Assembly (NCBI GenBank): GCA_964358085.1
Contig: CAYHNU010000002.1
Coordinates: forward strand, 1-42,177
Source of the DNA: an uncultured Gammaproteobacteria bacterium
Lineage (GTDB): Bacteria > Patescibacteriota > Microgenomatia > CAZETR01 > Amesbacteraceae
Direction of reading: 5' to 3'
DNA length: 42,177 nt
Shown: piece after piece, positions 17,570 through 26,035 of the stretch
Layout of the letters: each line of letters opens with the position of its first letter
How positions within the stretch are numbered: position 1 is the stretch's first letter
Translations under genes and position numbers: made by a program
Notes under the pieces: model-generated
What the model saw: the letters and a program-made list of their open reading frames with translations, nothing else
Databases searched by the model: none
What the model was told of the DNA's origin: nothing

Positions 17570-17782
17570 GACGCGTGTGCCCTTGCGGGTTTATAATTGG
17601 GTTTGGCGATGATCCGATTTGTCACCGGGGAGTCTTTTTTAAATTGAGTATTGGTTGAGGTGGTAACTCCCCGCAGTTGCGGGGCCGCAACTCCGCATTT
17701 GGCGGAGTTTTTTGTTAATAACGCCCCCTCAATCCCCCTCTTAAATTAAGAGGGGGGCGCTAGAGGGTGATATTATAAATTC
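17568..17782 (+). promoter_or_regulatory. valS promoter (TTGACG-18 nt-TATAAT) plus a structured leader with a terminator/antiterminator pair (T-box-like)
   Basis: TTGACG 17568-17573; TATAAT 17592-17597. Terminator AACTCCGC/GCGGAGTT (17689-17709) plus a T-run. Alternative helix GGTTG (17653-17657)/CAACT (17688-17692) encloses the bulge AGGTGGTAACT and the hairpin CCCCGCA/TGCGGGG. Confidence 0.45.
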
Positions 17783-19927
17783 ATGGATAAAAATTACGAT
17801 CATAAAAAGTACGAGAAGGATATTTATAAGAAATGGGAAGAGTCCGGGGCGTTTAAGCCCCTCGGCTCCGCTCGGGGTAAACCTTTCACCATTATCATGC
17901 CGCCGCCAAATGCGAATGGCGAGTTGCATTTGGGACATGCTACTTTTATTGCCGTGTCTGACGCGCTGATCCGTTATCACCGGATGAAGGGAGAGCCTAC
18001 CCTTTGGCTCCCCGGCATCGATCACGCTGGAATACTCACCCAAGTTACTTTTGAAAAGAAACTTCTCAAAGAAGAAAACAAATCCCGACATGCTCTGGGG
18101 CGAGAAGAATTTTTCCGACGTTGCTACGATTTTGCTATTTCTAATAAATCGGCTATGGAAAATCAGATGCGGGCTTTAGGTTCAAGCTGCGACTGGAGCC
18201 GGGAGAAATTTACCCTGGACCCACAAATATCCAAAATGGTTTTTGAAACTTTCATCAAAATGCACAACGAGGGATTGATATATAGAGGATATAGAATTGT
18301 GAATTGGTGCCCACGCTGCCGAAGCACTTTGGCCGACGTGGAATTGGAATGGCAGGAAAAAACCGATCCGTTGTATTACATTAAATATGGGCCATTTGTG
18401 TTGGCGACCGTCCGACCGGAAACAAAGTTTGGCGACACCGCCCTGGCGGTGCATCCCAAAGATAAACGCTATACAAAATATGTGGGTCAAGAAATCGATG
18501 TTGAAGGTTTGTTGGGAAAACTCAAATTAAAAGTGATTGCCGACGAGGCGGTAGATATGAATTTTGGAACCGGCGTAATCAAAGTCACCCCCGGCCATGA
18601 TCCTCTGGATTGGGAAATAGGCCAAAGACATAAACTGGAAATTAAATCTGTAATTGATTTTGATGGCAAGTTGACCAGTATTGCCGGCCCTTACGCCGGG
18701 ATGAAAGTAGCTGAAGCCCGGAAAAAAGTGGCCGAAGATTTACAAAATAAAGGGTTAATCGAGAAAATAGACGAAAAATATGTGCATCAAGTGGCAACTT
18801 GTGAACGCTGCAATTCTACTATCGAACCCCTCATGTCCAGACAATGGTTTATAAGCATTAAACCATTGGCCCAAAAAGCAATCGAAGCCGTGGAATCAGG
18901 AGAGGTAAAAATTGTTCCGGAAAAATTTGAGAAAATGTATTTTAACTGGATGCACAACATTAGAGACTGGCCAATCAGCCGGCAAATTTGGTGGGGACAT
19001 CAATTACCAGTGTGGTATAGCAGGAAGTCACAGGTAACCGGTGAGCAAATAACAGAATTTGAAAAATTGGTTAAAAACGATTCCGGCGCCAGAACCGATG
19101 TGCTTGAATCCCCCATCGTCTCGATTGATAAGCCTACTGGAGATGATGAATATATTCAAGATCCTGACACTTTTGATACTTGGTTTTCGTCTGGTCAATG
19201 GCCCTTCACTACGCTCAGGGCAAACCAATCTGGAGATTTTGAAAAATTTTATCCAACAACAGTCATGAATACAGCTTATGAAATTTTATTTTTATGGGTA
19301 GCCAGAATGATCATGTTTGGAATTTATTTAACCGGGAAAGCTCCTTTTAAGATCGCCCTTATCAATGGAATGTTGAGAGACGACAAAGGATTAAAGATGA
19401 GCAAATCTAAAGGCAATGGAGTAAACCCTAACGAAGCCATCGATCAGCATGGGGCTGATGCCATCCGCATGGCGCTGCTGTCTGGCCGGGACAATGGAAA
19501 TGATTTGGCAATTTCTAGAAATCAAATGGAACAACGTATCCGTGGATATCGGAATTTTGCCAATAAAATCTGGCATGCAAGTCGCTATGTATCTACCTCG
19601 GCTTCAAATCCAAAATCAAGTTCCAAAGATAAAGAGTTTGCCGAAAAATTGAATAAAATTGTTCAACACGTCACCTCTTCTTTTGAAAAATATGATCTGG
19701 GAATTGCCGCTGAAAAAGTTTACACTGAGTTTTGGCATTGGTATTGCGATGTGTGTATTGAAGAAAATAAAAAAGGTGAACTCTCAAATGAATCTCTTAA
19801 AAACGGCTTGATGGTATTTTTAAAATTAATTCACCCCTTTATGCCGTTTGTGACTGAGGCGGTGTGGCAGGAATTGGAACTTCCTGGGCAGCTGATTCTT
19901 CAGCCTTGGCCGGTTCTTCCCCGGTGA
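17783..19927 (+). CDS. valS: valine--tRNA ligase (short form lacking the C-terminal coiled coil)
   Basis: PPPNANGELHLGHA (HIGH motif), LKMSKSKGN (KMSKS motif), editing-domain blocks, 714 aa. Confidence 0.9.
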   Translation: MDKNYDHKKYEKDIYKKWEESGAFKPLGSARGKPFTIIMPPPNANGELHLGHATFIAVSDALIRYHRMKGEPTLWLPGIDHAGILTQVTFEKKLLKEENKSRHALGREEFFRRCYDFAISNKSAMENQMRALGSSCDWSREKFTLDPQISKMVFETFIKMHNEGLIYRGYRIVNWCPRCRSTLADVELEWQEKTDPLYYIKYGPFVLATVRPETKFGDTALAVHPKDKRYTKYVGQEIDVEGLLGKLKLKVIADEAVDMNFGTGVIKVTPGHDPLDWEIGQRHKLEIKSVIDFDGKLTSIAGPYAGMKVAEARKKVAEDLQNKGLIEKIDEKYVHQVATCERCNSTIEPLMSRQWFISIKPLAQKAIEAVESGEVKIVPEKFEKMYFNWMHNIRDWPISRQIWWGHQLPVWYSRKSQVTGEQITEFEKLVKNDSGARTDVLESPIVSIDKPTGDDEYIQDPDTFDTWFSSGQWPFTTLRANQSGDFEKFYPTTVMNTAYEILFLWVARMIMFGIYLTGKAPFKIALINGMLRDDKGLKMSKSKGNGVNPNEAIDQHGADAIRMALLSGRDNGNDLAISRNQMEQRIRGYRNFANKIWHASRYVSTSASNPKSSSKDKEFAEKLNKIVQHVTSSFEKYDLGIAAEKVYTEFWHWYCDVCIEENKKGELSNESLKNGLMVFLKLIHPFMPFVTEAVWQELELPGQLILQPWPVLPR

Positions 19928-20528
19928 CAGGTGCGGCTACGACCGGAGCTTCTTTGGGTTCTTCTTTGGCCAGCGGTTCAATCTTAACAACAATGGCCTC
20001 TGGGTCGGACTTAACGGTCAGTTTATCAGACAGCTTGATATCCTTGATCTGGAGAGTATCCCCTTCCGCGGCTAAAGATTCGATAGATATTTCTACTGAT
20101 TCAGGCATGTCCGCAGGTAAGGCTTCGATTTCTAGTTCGCTAAGCTGTTGAACCAAAATCCCCTGCTTCTCTTTTTCAGCCGGAGCTTCTCCGGTTAGTT
20201 TGATGGCTACCGAAGCGGTGGTTTTTTCTTTAAGATTGACCTGATGAAAATCAACGTGAAGAATTTGGTCCGTGACGGGATGTAGGGCTACCTCGTGAAC
20301 CATGACTGGGCGGTTTTCCCTCTCTCCTTCAGTAGAGAGGTAAATAAGGGTGGACTCCCCTACTTCTTTGTATAACTTGGTGAAATCAACGGCCTTGACC
20401 TGGAGAGAGAGGGACTTGAGATCCTTGCCAAAAACATTGGCAGGAATCAGCCCTTGACTGCGCAAGGACTTGATCTTCCGTCCGGTTATTTTACGGGGTT
20501 CAGCTTTGAGAAGATGTTTAGTTGTCAT
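19839..20528 (-). CDS. rplY: 50S ribosomal protein L25/Ctc form
   Basis: R...GRK..K.LR..G.IPANV.G......LQV....F.KLY......LI.L...G....V.V.EV..HPV.D.ILHVDF, with an acidic/Pro-rich tail. Confidence 0.85.
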   Translation of the reverse strand: MTTKHLLKAEPRKITGRKIKSLRSQGLIPANVFGKDLKSLSLQVKAVDFTKLYKEVGESTLIYLSTEGERENRPVMVHEVALHPVTDQILHVDFHQVNLKEKTTASVAIKLTGEAPAEKEKQGILVQQLSELEIEALPADMPESVEISIESLAAEGDTLQIKDIKLSDKLTVKSDPEAIVVKIEPLAKEEPKEAPVVAAPVTGEEPAKAEESAAQEVPIPATPPQSQTA

Positions 20529-22251
20529 TTTTAGCGAAATCTATATCGAAGCGCAACGGGCGCGATAGGGGTTGATTATACTGGAGCAAACCAGCGGAGG
20601 CAAGGGTGGGAGTGGCAGCGGTAGTGGCGAACCAGCCTTGAGGATATGTAACTGTAACTGTAAGTGGGTATGGTGACTGGCCGGGTTGATTAGGAATGTC
20701 TAATTGATAATGAAACCTGGAAGAGAGAACGAGGGGTTGGTGCCAGCGAACGGTAAGTTTGGTAGTGGTGGCCGGAGGGGTGTCGATCAGCACCCCCAGA
20801 ACAACCAACCCGCGTTCGGCGGTAACATAATAGTCTGGGGCTGGCTGACCGTTGATTAGGACAGCGTCGGGCTCGGATTGGGGAGACAAATATAGACGGA
20901 GATAATTTTTGTAGTGACCGGAGGGCCAATTCGTTTGGGAAGATGTGTGAGTAAAATCTACTTGATATTGAAAGTCGGCTCTTGTAGGTTCAATTTGAAC
21001 TGCCAGCTGAGCGATGGGTTGAATGAACATGTTTGTCTTGTTGACTCCAATGTTGCTGCTGACAGCATAAAAATAATGGTTGAGACAAGGGAGAGCCGAG
21101 CGGCAGGTGGAAGGGGCAACTTCCCCACTCCAGACGGTAGAAGTGATAAGCGTTTGGCGAGATTCAAGAGAGTTGATAATTATTCCAACAGCTCTGGATA
21201 ATTGGCTTGAGTTAAGAGCGCGGAACTGATCAAAAAAATGTTGGTAAAAAGAAAAGAGAATGTCCGGGTGGGCCAGGTATTGAGAAAAAAAGTTTTGCTT
21301 GGTAACGGTCAGATTAAGTTCCGAAAGCTGAAGGGGGCCGACCATAGAAAGAAGCTCGACTAGAGTTCCCAAATTCAGGCTAACTACCCGATCTGGAGAA
21401 AGCGAGAGCTCTTTGTTAACAAACCAGATTGCCCGGGCGGCAGAAGAAGGAAAGTCCGGATCCCAATTTGAGTCGCGTAAAAACCAGCTTGATTCCCCTG
21501 TCGCCCTAGCCAAATCTACGGGAGGAGAAACTTGACCCCGCAATTGACTGTCGGTGGTAGCTGTGTCATAGATCTGAACGTTGGTTAAGCGACCACTGTC
21601 CAGGCTTAGGAGAGCTATGTGGCTGAGAAACCCGCCCGTCGGACGTAGTTCGGTGGAATCTTGCAATAATAAAAGGGTCGTGCTTTTACCATTTAAAGAC
21701 AGAAGCTCCGGCAATGAAGCGATAAGGGGAGAAATTTTTTGAATTAAGGTCCGGGCCGCGTTCACGCGGGCCAAAAGCGGAGTCAAGCGAGGAAGCGGCT
21801 GGAGGCTGGCTTGAAGAAAAGCCAGAGAATCGATAAGACGAGACAGGGTAAACGATAAATCGGTAGTATCTGACGCCGGGGACTGGCCACGACCAAAAAA
21901 CGATTGTAGATATGGAAGCGAGTGAGAGGCAAATTGATTAGCGAGAACCAAAGTTTCAGATAGCTGGCGAGAGACAACTAAATAAGGAGAAGCTTGCGGG
22001 ACCAACCGCGAAAGTCCGGATGACAATTTTGCACAAGCGAGAGACGCGGAGAAATTGCCGCGTTGGAATTGGGAGGTCGAGCAGTGGAGAAGGATATAAA
22101 GGGCGATGGGGTAAGAAATTATTAGCAAAAAAGCAAGAAGAATGATGGAGAAAATGTATTTAGCTGATTGCGAAGGCTTTACCGGAAGGACGGGGGTTGG
22201 TTCTGTCGGTTTTAATTCTTGAAGTTCTTGTGTAATTAAACGAAAGGACAT
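20518..22251 (-). CDS. DUF4012-domain membrane-anchored protein
   Basis: LLLQDSTELRPTGGFLSHIAL signature and an N-terminal TM helix. Confidence 0.7.
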   Translation of the reverse strand: MSFRLITQELQELKPTEPTPVLPVKPSQSAKYIFSIILLAFLLIISYPIALYILLHCSTSQFQRGNFSASLACAKLSSGLSRLVPQASPYLVVSRQLSETLVLANQFASHSLPYLQSFFGRGQSPASDTTDLSFTLSRLIDSLAFLQASLQPLPRLTPLLARVNAARTLIQKISPLIASLPELLSLNGKSTTLLLLQDSTELRPTGGFLSHIALLSLDSGRLTNVQIYDTATTDSQLRGQVSPPVDLARATGESSWFLRDSNWDPDFPSSAARAIWFVNKELSLSPDRVVSLNLGTLVELLSMVGPLQLSELNLTVTKQNFFSQYLAHPDILFSFYQHFFDQFRALNSSQLSRAVGIIINSLESRQTLITSTVWSGEVAPSTCRSALPCLNHYFYAVSSNIGVNKTNMFIQPIAQLAVQIEPTRADFQYQVDFTHTSSQTNWPSGHYKNYLRLYLSPQSEPDAVLINGQPAPDYYVTAERGLVVLGVLIDTPPATTTKLTVRWHQPLVLSSRFHYQLDIPNQPGQSPYPLTVTVTYPQGWFATTAATPTLASAGLLQYNQPLSRPLRFDIDFAKNDN

Positions 22252-22499
22252 TTCCTAATTTTCAATTTTTAATTTTTAATTTACAATAGTCAATAAATAA
22301 TTGTTGCGGAAAACCTATAGCTGAAGTTAGAGGATAATGATGCAGAGTATGTACGACTATTCACGTGCGTGTTTTGTAATTTTTTTACGCAGGGGTCTTT
22401 ATGTTTTGGTATGAACATAAAAAACGTGAAATTGCCGCACTCGCCAAATTTTTGATTTTTAGTTTTTGGTTTTTGATTCCGGCCTGTAATGCGAGGGGT

Positions 22500-22910
22500 T
22501 TATGCGTTTTTATCAAGTGTCTGGTTGACCAAAAGATCGGCGGCGGTGTTTTGCTCCCGAGGAACATAGGTGAAATTTCTAATTTCTAATTGCTCTAATT
22601 GATCTAAAAGTTTTTCTGCTTCTTTTTTCTTGGTTGTTAGTACTGGGTCTTTGATTTTAAATATTCCTTTAAGTTGGTTAACAACAAGTTGAGAATCCAG
22701 GAAGAAGTTGAGAGTTGAAAGTGGAGAATTGAGAGTTGAGACCCATTTCAGGGCTTCGATGACTGCTTGGTATTCTGCCTGATTATTGGTGGCTACGCCT
22801 AAAAAAAATCCTTGCTGGTGAATTAGTTGCCTGTGATCATCTGTGGCTACAAAGGCACAAGCGGCCGGTCCGGGATTACCTCTGGCTCCCCCATCGGTAT
22901 GAATACGCAT
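22500..22910 (-). CDS. rnhA: ribonuclease HI
   Basis: IHTDGGARGNPGPAA, NNQAEYQAVIEAL, LDSQLVVNQ, PREQNTAADLL (DEDD residues). Confidence 0.85.
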   Translation of the reverse strand: MRIHTDGGARGNPGPAACAFVATDDHRQLIHQQGFFLGVATNNQAEYQAVIEALKWVSTLNSPLSTLNFFLDSQLVVNQLKGIFKIKDPVLTTKKKEAEKLLDQLEQLEIRNFTYVPREQNTAADLLVNQTLDKNA

Positions 22911-24009
22911 AGGCTATAAGTATAACCAATAATAAAATATTTTGATGAAGAGTGAGCCAGTAGTGGTCGGCGGCGCCTGTGATTGTTATCACGGCGACCG
23001 CGGTTATTAGTTCATAGTTCATAGTTCTTAATATTTTTTTACCATGAACCAATAACCAATAACTAATAACTAACAAGGCGGGGAGACCGAGTTCGGTAGC
23101 GAGGAGAAGATAAATATTGTGAACTGGTTGATATAAATAGTTATTAGTTATTAGTTCATAGTTCATGGTAGACGGAATAAACACCCCGAGGCCGACGCCA
23201 AATAGCGGTGATTTTTGAATTAGGAATAATGAATTATGAATTAAGGAAATACGGTCGGGAATAGAGACAGCAGAGCCGGCGATAGAGACAAGATAATAGA
23301 TACTAGATACTAGAAGAGCCGCCTTGAGAAATAAGGGGCGGAGCCAAAAGAGCAAAATTATAATTTCTAAAACTATGGCCGATCTTGAGAAAGTAAGTGG
23401 GATGGTGAGGAAAGCGATGACGATAGCGGGGGAGACGCGGCGATTTAGAGAATAGAGAATTAGTCCAGAGACAAGTAAAAACCCTGCCAGTGCGTTGGGA
23501 TGGGGAAAGGTAGCATAGGGGCGCATAAGCAAGTGGCCAAAAAATGAGACTTTCGCAATGAGGGGGGTGGAGACCGAAAGGGAACGCTCGCCGAGCCAAT
23601 ACCAAAAACCGCCGACGGAGTGCTGGAGGAAAAATTGCCACCAAGCCAATATCGCCGTCCACAGGACGGCAAGGCTCAAGGTCCAGGGTCCAAGATTCAA
23701 TAACCAATCTTTTTTATAAACCAGACATTTGAATAGCCAGAAATATTCGAGGACGCGGAGCCACTTATATAAAGATACTAAGGGGGAATAAGAGATTAAG
23801 ACATTAAGAACAACGAAAACAATTACCGACAATGGAACGCGGATGCGTAGACGGGAGACGAGAAATAAACCAAGGATAATCAGGTCTGTTAGATAAAGAG
23901 CGGGGGAGAGATAGTCAACGCGGATACCGTTAATAAGCGACCAGGACGGCCAGAAATGAAAAGCCAACTGGGAGGGGAAAAGCAGAAATAATAATATTAA
24001 AAAGATCAC
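22876..24009 (-). CDS. O-antigen ligase/polymerase-family (Wzy_C-like) membrane protein
   Basis: About 10 TM helices and an ..PHPNALAGFLLV.. loop. Contains two MNYELIT insert modules. Confidence 0.65.
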   Translation of the reverse strand: MIFLILLFLLFPSQLAFHFWPSWSLINGIRVDYLSPALYLTDLIILGLFLVSRLRIRVPLSVIVFVVLNVLISYSPLVSLYKWLRVLEYFWLFKCLVYKKDWLLNLGPWTLSLAVLWTAILAWWQFFLQHSVGGFWYWLGERSLSVSTPLIAKVSFFGHLLMRPYATFPHPNALAGFLLVSGLILYSLNRRVSPAIVIAFLTIPLTFSRSAIVLEIIILLFWLRPLFLKAALLVSSIYYLVSIAGSAVSIPDRISLIHNSLFLIQKSPLFGVGLGVFIPSTMNYELITNNYLYQPVHNIYLLLATELGLPALLVISYWLLVHGKKILRTMNYELITAVAVITITGAADHYWLTLHQNILLLVILIAYAYSYRWGSQR

Positions 24010-24461
24010 TCCTTTGGAGAGACAACTACGGTTCTAAAACGACCCTCGCCTTGAGAAGCGGTGGTGACCTGGGGATGGTCGGTGAGATAGACGTGGACGA
24101 CACGGCGCTCGTTGGAGGGGAGGGGGGGCAGGGCTTCTGGTTGGTGGGTAGAAACGACCCGACTAACAATAGTGTCCGCCATGGCCTGGAGAGCCTGCTC
24201 GCGGCGTTGCCTGTAGTCGTTGACGTTAATGGAGACGCTCGTCCACTCGGCGGTTGCTGAATGCAGGTGTTGGGATAATAGTAATTGCAAAGAGGAGATG
24301 GTGTCTCCGTGATAACCGACGAGAATGGCCGGGTCGGAAGTATTAATCGTAATTTGATAAATTTTGTTTTCGGAATCAAAAACTACAGTAACCTCGTAAG
24401 GAGAAGCGTAGCCTAGCTGGGTGAGAAATTGAGACAACAATTCCCGAATTTTATCTTCCAT
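24006..24461 (-). CDS. khpB: RNA-binding protein KhpB/Jag (KH + R3H)
   Basis: C-terminal R3H motif ERRVVHVYL.DHP.V.T.S.GEG..R.VVVSP. Sits downstream of yidC. Confidence 0.8.
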   Translation of the reverse strand: MEDKIRELLSQFLTQLGYASPYEVTVVFDSENKIYQITINTSDPAILVGYHGDTISSLQLLLSQHLHSATAEWTSVSINVNDYRQRREQALQAMADTIVSRVVSTHQPEALPPLPSNERRVVHVYLTDHPQVTTASQGEGRFRTVVVSPKE

Positions 24462-25260
24462 GAATCTTTTTTATCAATGGAGTTAACCCGCCCCAACCAG
24501 AGGCAAAATATTGCTGAACCATGGAAACGGCGGAAAAGACCAGCCAGTAGAGAACAAGCCCAAATTGGAATTGGTAGCCGAAGAAAATAGTCATCAGGGG
24601 AAACATATACAACATTTGGGTCTGGGTGGCGGCCATAATGTTGTCGGAGTCGTTGGGAGTGCTTTTGGCAACTTTGGCGGCGGCTTTGACTTCCGGCATC
24701 ATCATTTTAGAACTGGCGAATTGAATAAGGGCAGAAGCGAGAACAAACAATCCAGGAAGAGGAACGGGGAGGCCGGGAATGTGGATCAGATCGGGTTTGG
24801 TCAATTCGAGGCCGTAAAACGAGGTGGAAAGGCGAAGATCGGAAGGGAGTTTGTTGACTGCATATAAAACAGGATTCAGATGCTCAACCAAAGACTGACC
24901 ATTGGGCTTAAGAACGGTGTTGAAAGCATTGAAGAGAGCGATAAGAACCAAGATTTGAATTATTTGGGGGAGGCAGCCGGCGGCGGGATTAAGCCCATTC
25001 TTTTTGTACAGCTCGGCTTGAGCTTTAATCAAGCCTTGTTTGTCGTCTTTGTATTGAGTTTTGAGGGCGGCCAGGTCGGGGGCCAAGTCTTGCATCTTTT
25101 TGCTGGCTTTGAGAGAAGGAATAACCAACGGGGTCATGATTAAACGCAGACCGATGGTGAGAAGAATGATGGACCAGCCCAGACCGCCGGTCACTCGAGT
25201 CAGGGCGATAAGAGCATTTAATAAAGGATACTCTAATAATAATTTCCAGAGCTCTAACAT
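24451..25260 (-). CDS. yidC: membrane protein insertase YidC (short, Gram-positive type)
   Basis: GWSIILLTIGLRLIMTPL, KMQ.LAP....LK..YKDDKQ, GLNPAAGCLP.IIQI. Confidence 0.9.
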   Translation of the reverse strand: MLELWKLLLEYPLLNALIALTRVTGGLGWSIILLTIGLRLIMTPLVIPSLKASKKMQDLAPDLAALKTQYKDDKQGLIKAQAELYKKNGLNPAAGCLPQIIQILVLIALFNAFNTVLKPNGQSLVEHLNPVLYAVNKLPSDLRLSTSFYGLELTKPDLIHIPGLPVPLPGLFVLASALIQFASSKMMMPEVKAAAKVAKSTPNDSDNIMAATQTQMLYMFPLMTIFFGYQFQFGLVLYWLVFSAVSMVQQYFASGWGGLTPLIKKIHGR

Positions 25261-25320
25261 TTATTTTAGATGTTTTGAAATACTAACTTCTAACTTCTAC
25301 CTTCAATAATTCATAAATTT

Positions 25321-25527
25321 TTAATTAACGGGGTCATGGCCGCCGGGATGAAGAGGGTGACACTTAAAAATCCGCTTCGTGCCCAGAAAGCCGCCCCTAA
25401 GGATACCATATTTCGAGATAGCCTGATACATGTATTCGCTGCAACGAGGCGTGAAGCGGCAAGAAGAGTGCAAACTAGTGGGAAAGTTTTGATACCAGCG
25501 AATCAATTTCAGAGCTAATTTGGTCAT
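25321..25527 (-). CDS. yidD: membrane protein insertion efficiency factor YidD
   Basis: LIRWYQ....CRFTPRCSEY...AI.KYG...G.....RI.KCHP...GG.DPV. Confidence 0.9.
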   Translation of the reverse strand: MTKLALKLIRWYQNFPTSLHSSCRFTPRCSEYMYQAISKYGILRGGFLGTKRIFKCHPLHPGGHDPVN

Positions 25528-25783
25528 GGGACAATTTTAACATCGACTGTTTGGGAAACAATATGATGTCAAAATCGGATTTTGGGATGCATGAATAAAT
25601 TTGACGGCGGAGACGGTTGCGGACAACGGCTGATTTAGAGAGCTTAGTAGAGGTAACAATGGCTACCCGGCCAGGGAAATGAGGGTAATACAGAACAGAG
25701 AAATAGGAAAAAGAGAGAGATTTGCCGCTGGCTTTAACGACGAGAAAATCCCAGTGAGACAAACGAAGATATTTAGGCAACAT
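25475..25783 (-). CDS. rnpA: ribonuclease P protein component
   Basis: Position between rpmH and yidD; KSAVVRNRLRRQI motif. Confidence 0.8.
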   Translation of the reverse strand: MLPKYLRLSHWDFLVVKASGKSLSFSYFSVLYYPHFPGRVAIVTSTKLSKSAVVRNRLRRQIYSCIPKSDFDIILFPKQSMLKLSHDQISSEIDSLVSKLSH

Positions 25784-25786
25784 GCG

Positions 25787-25921
25787 CTAGACAGTAAGCC
25801 GCTTGCGGCCGACGAGGCGGCGGCGTTTGAGGACGTTGCGGCCGATGCGGGTGGACATGCGGGACCTAAACCCATGTTTGCGAATTCTTTTCAACTTTTT
25901 GGGTTGCCAGGTGTGCTTCAT
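25787..25921 (-). CDS. rpmH: 50S ribosomal protein L34
   Basis: [44 protein letters not shown] (44 aa). The listed ORF is trimmed to ATG 25921. Confidence 0.93.
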   Translation of the reverse strand: MKHTWQPKKLKRIRKHGFRSRMSTRIGRNVLKRRRLVGRKRLTV

Positions 25922-25999
25922 TGCCATATGCAAAATTATATCACAAAGATGTACTTGAAAAATTGTGGATTTCCAGTTGAAAACTGGATATATCTCCAC

Positions 26000-26027
26000 T
26001 TGACAGCGTCGTTATAACTAGTATAAC
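26000..26027 (+). promoter_or_regulatory. dnaA promoter candidate (TTGACA-16 nt-TATAAC), 8 nt upstream of the ATG
   Basis: TTGACA 26000-26005; TATAAC 26022-26027. A DnaA-box-like TGTGGATTT lies at 25964-25972. Confidence 0.5.
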
Positions 26028-26035
26028 GAATTTGC

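Noticed and set aside
17741-18091. 116-aa minus-strand ORF overlapping the valS start.
   Set aside because: It is antisense to the conserved HIGH-motif region of valS and has no supporting signals.
22252-22499. 248-nt spacer between rnhA and the DUF4012 gene, examined for an ncRNA or small ORF (listed ORFs 22385-22567 and 22401-22589).
   Set aside because: It holds only a weak 7-bp hairpin and A/T-rich repeat runs. No conserved RNA motif was recognised, and the ORFs overlap rnhA and look spurious.
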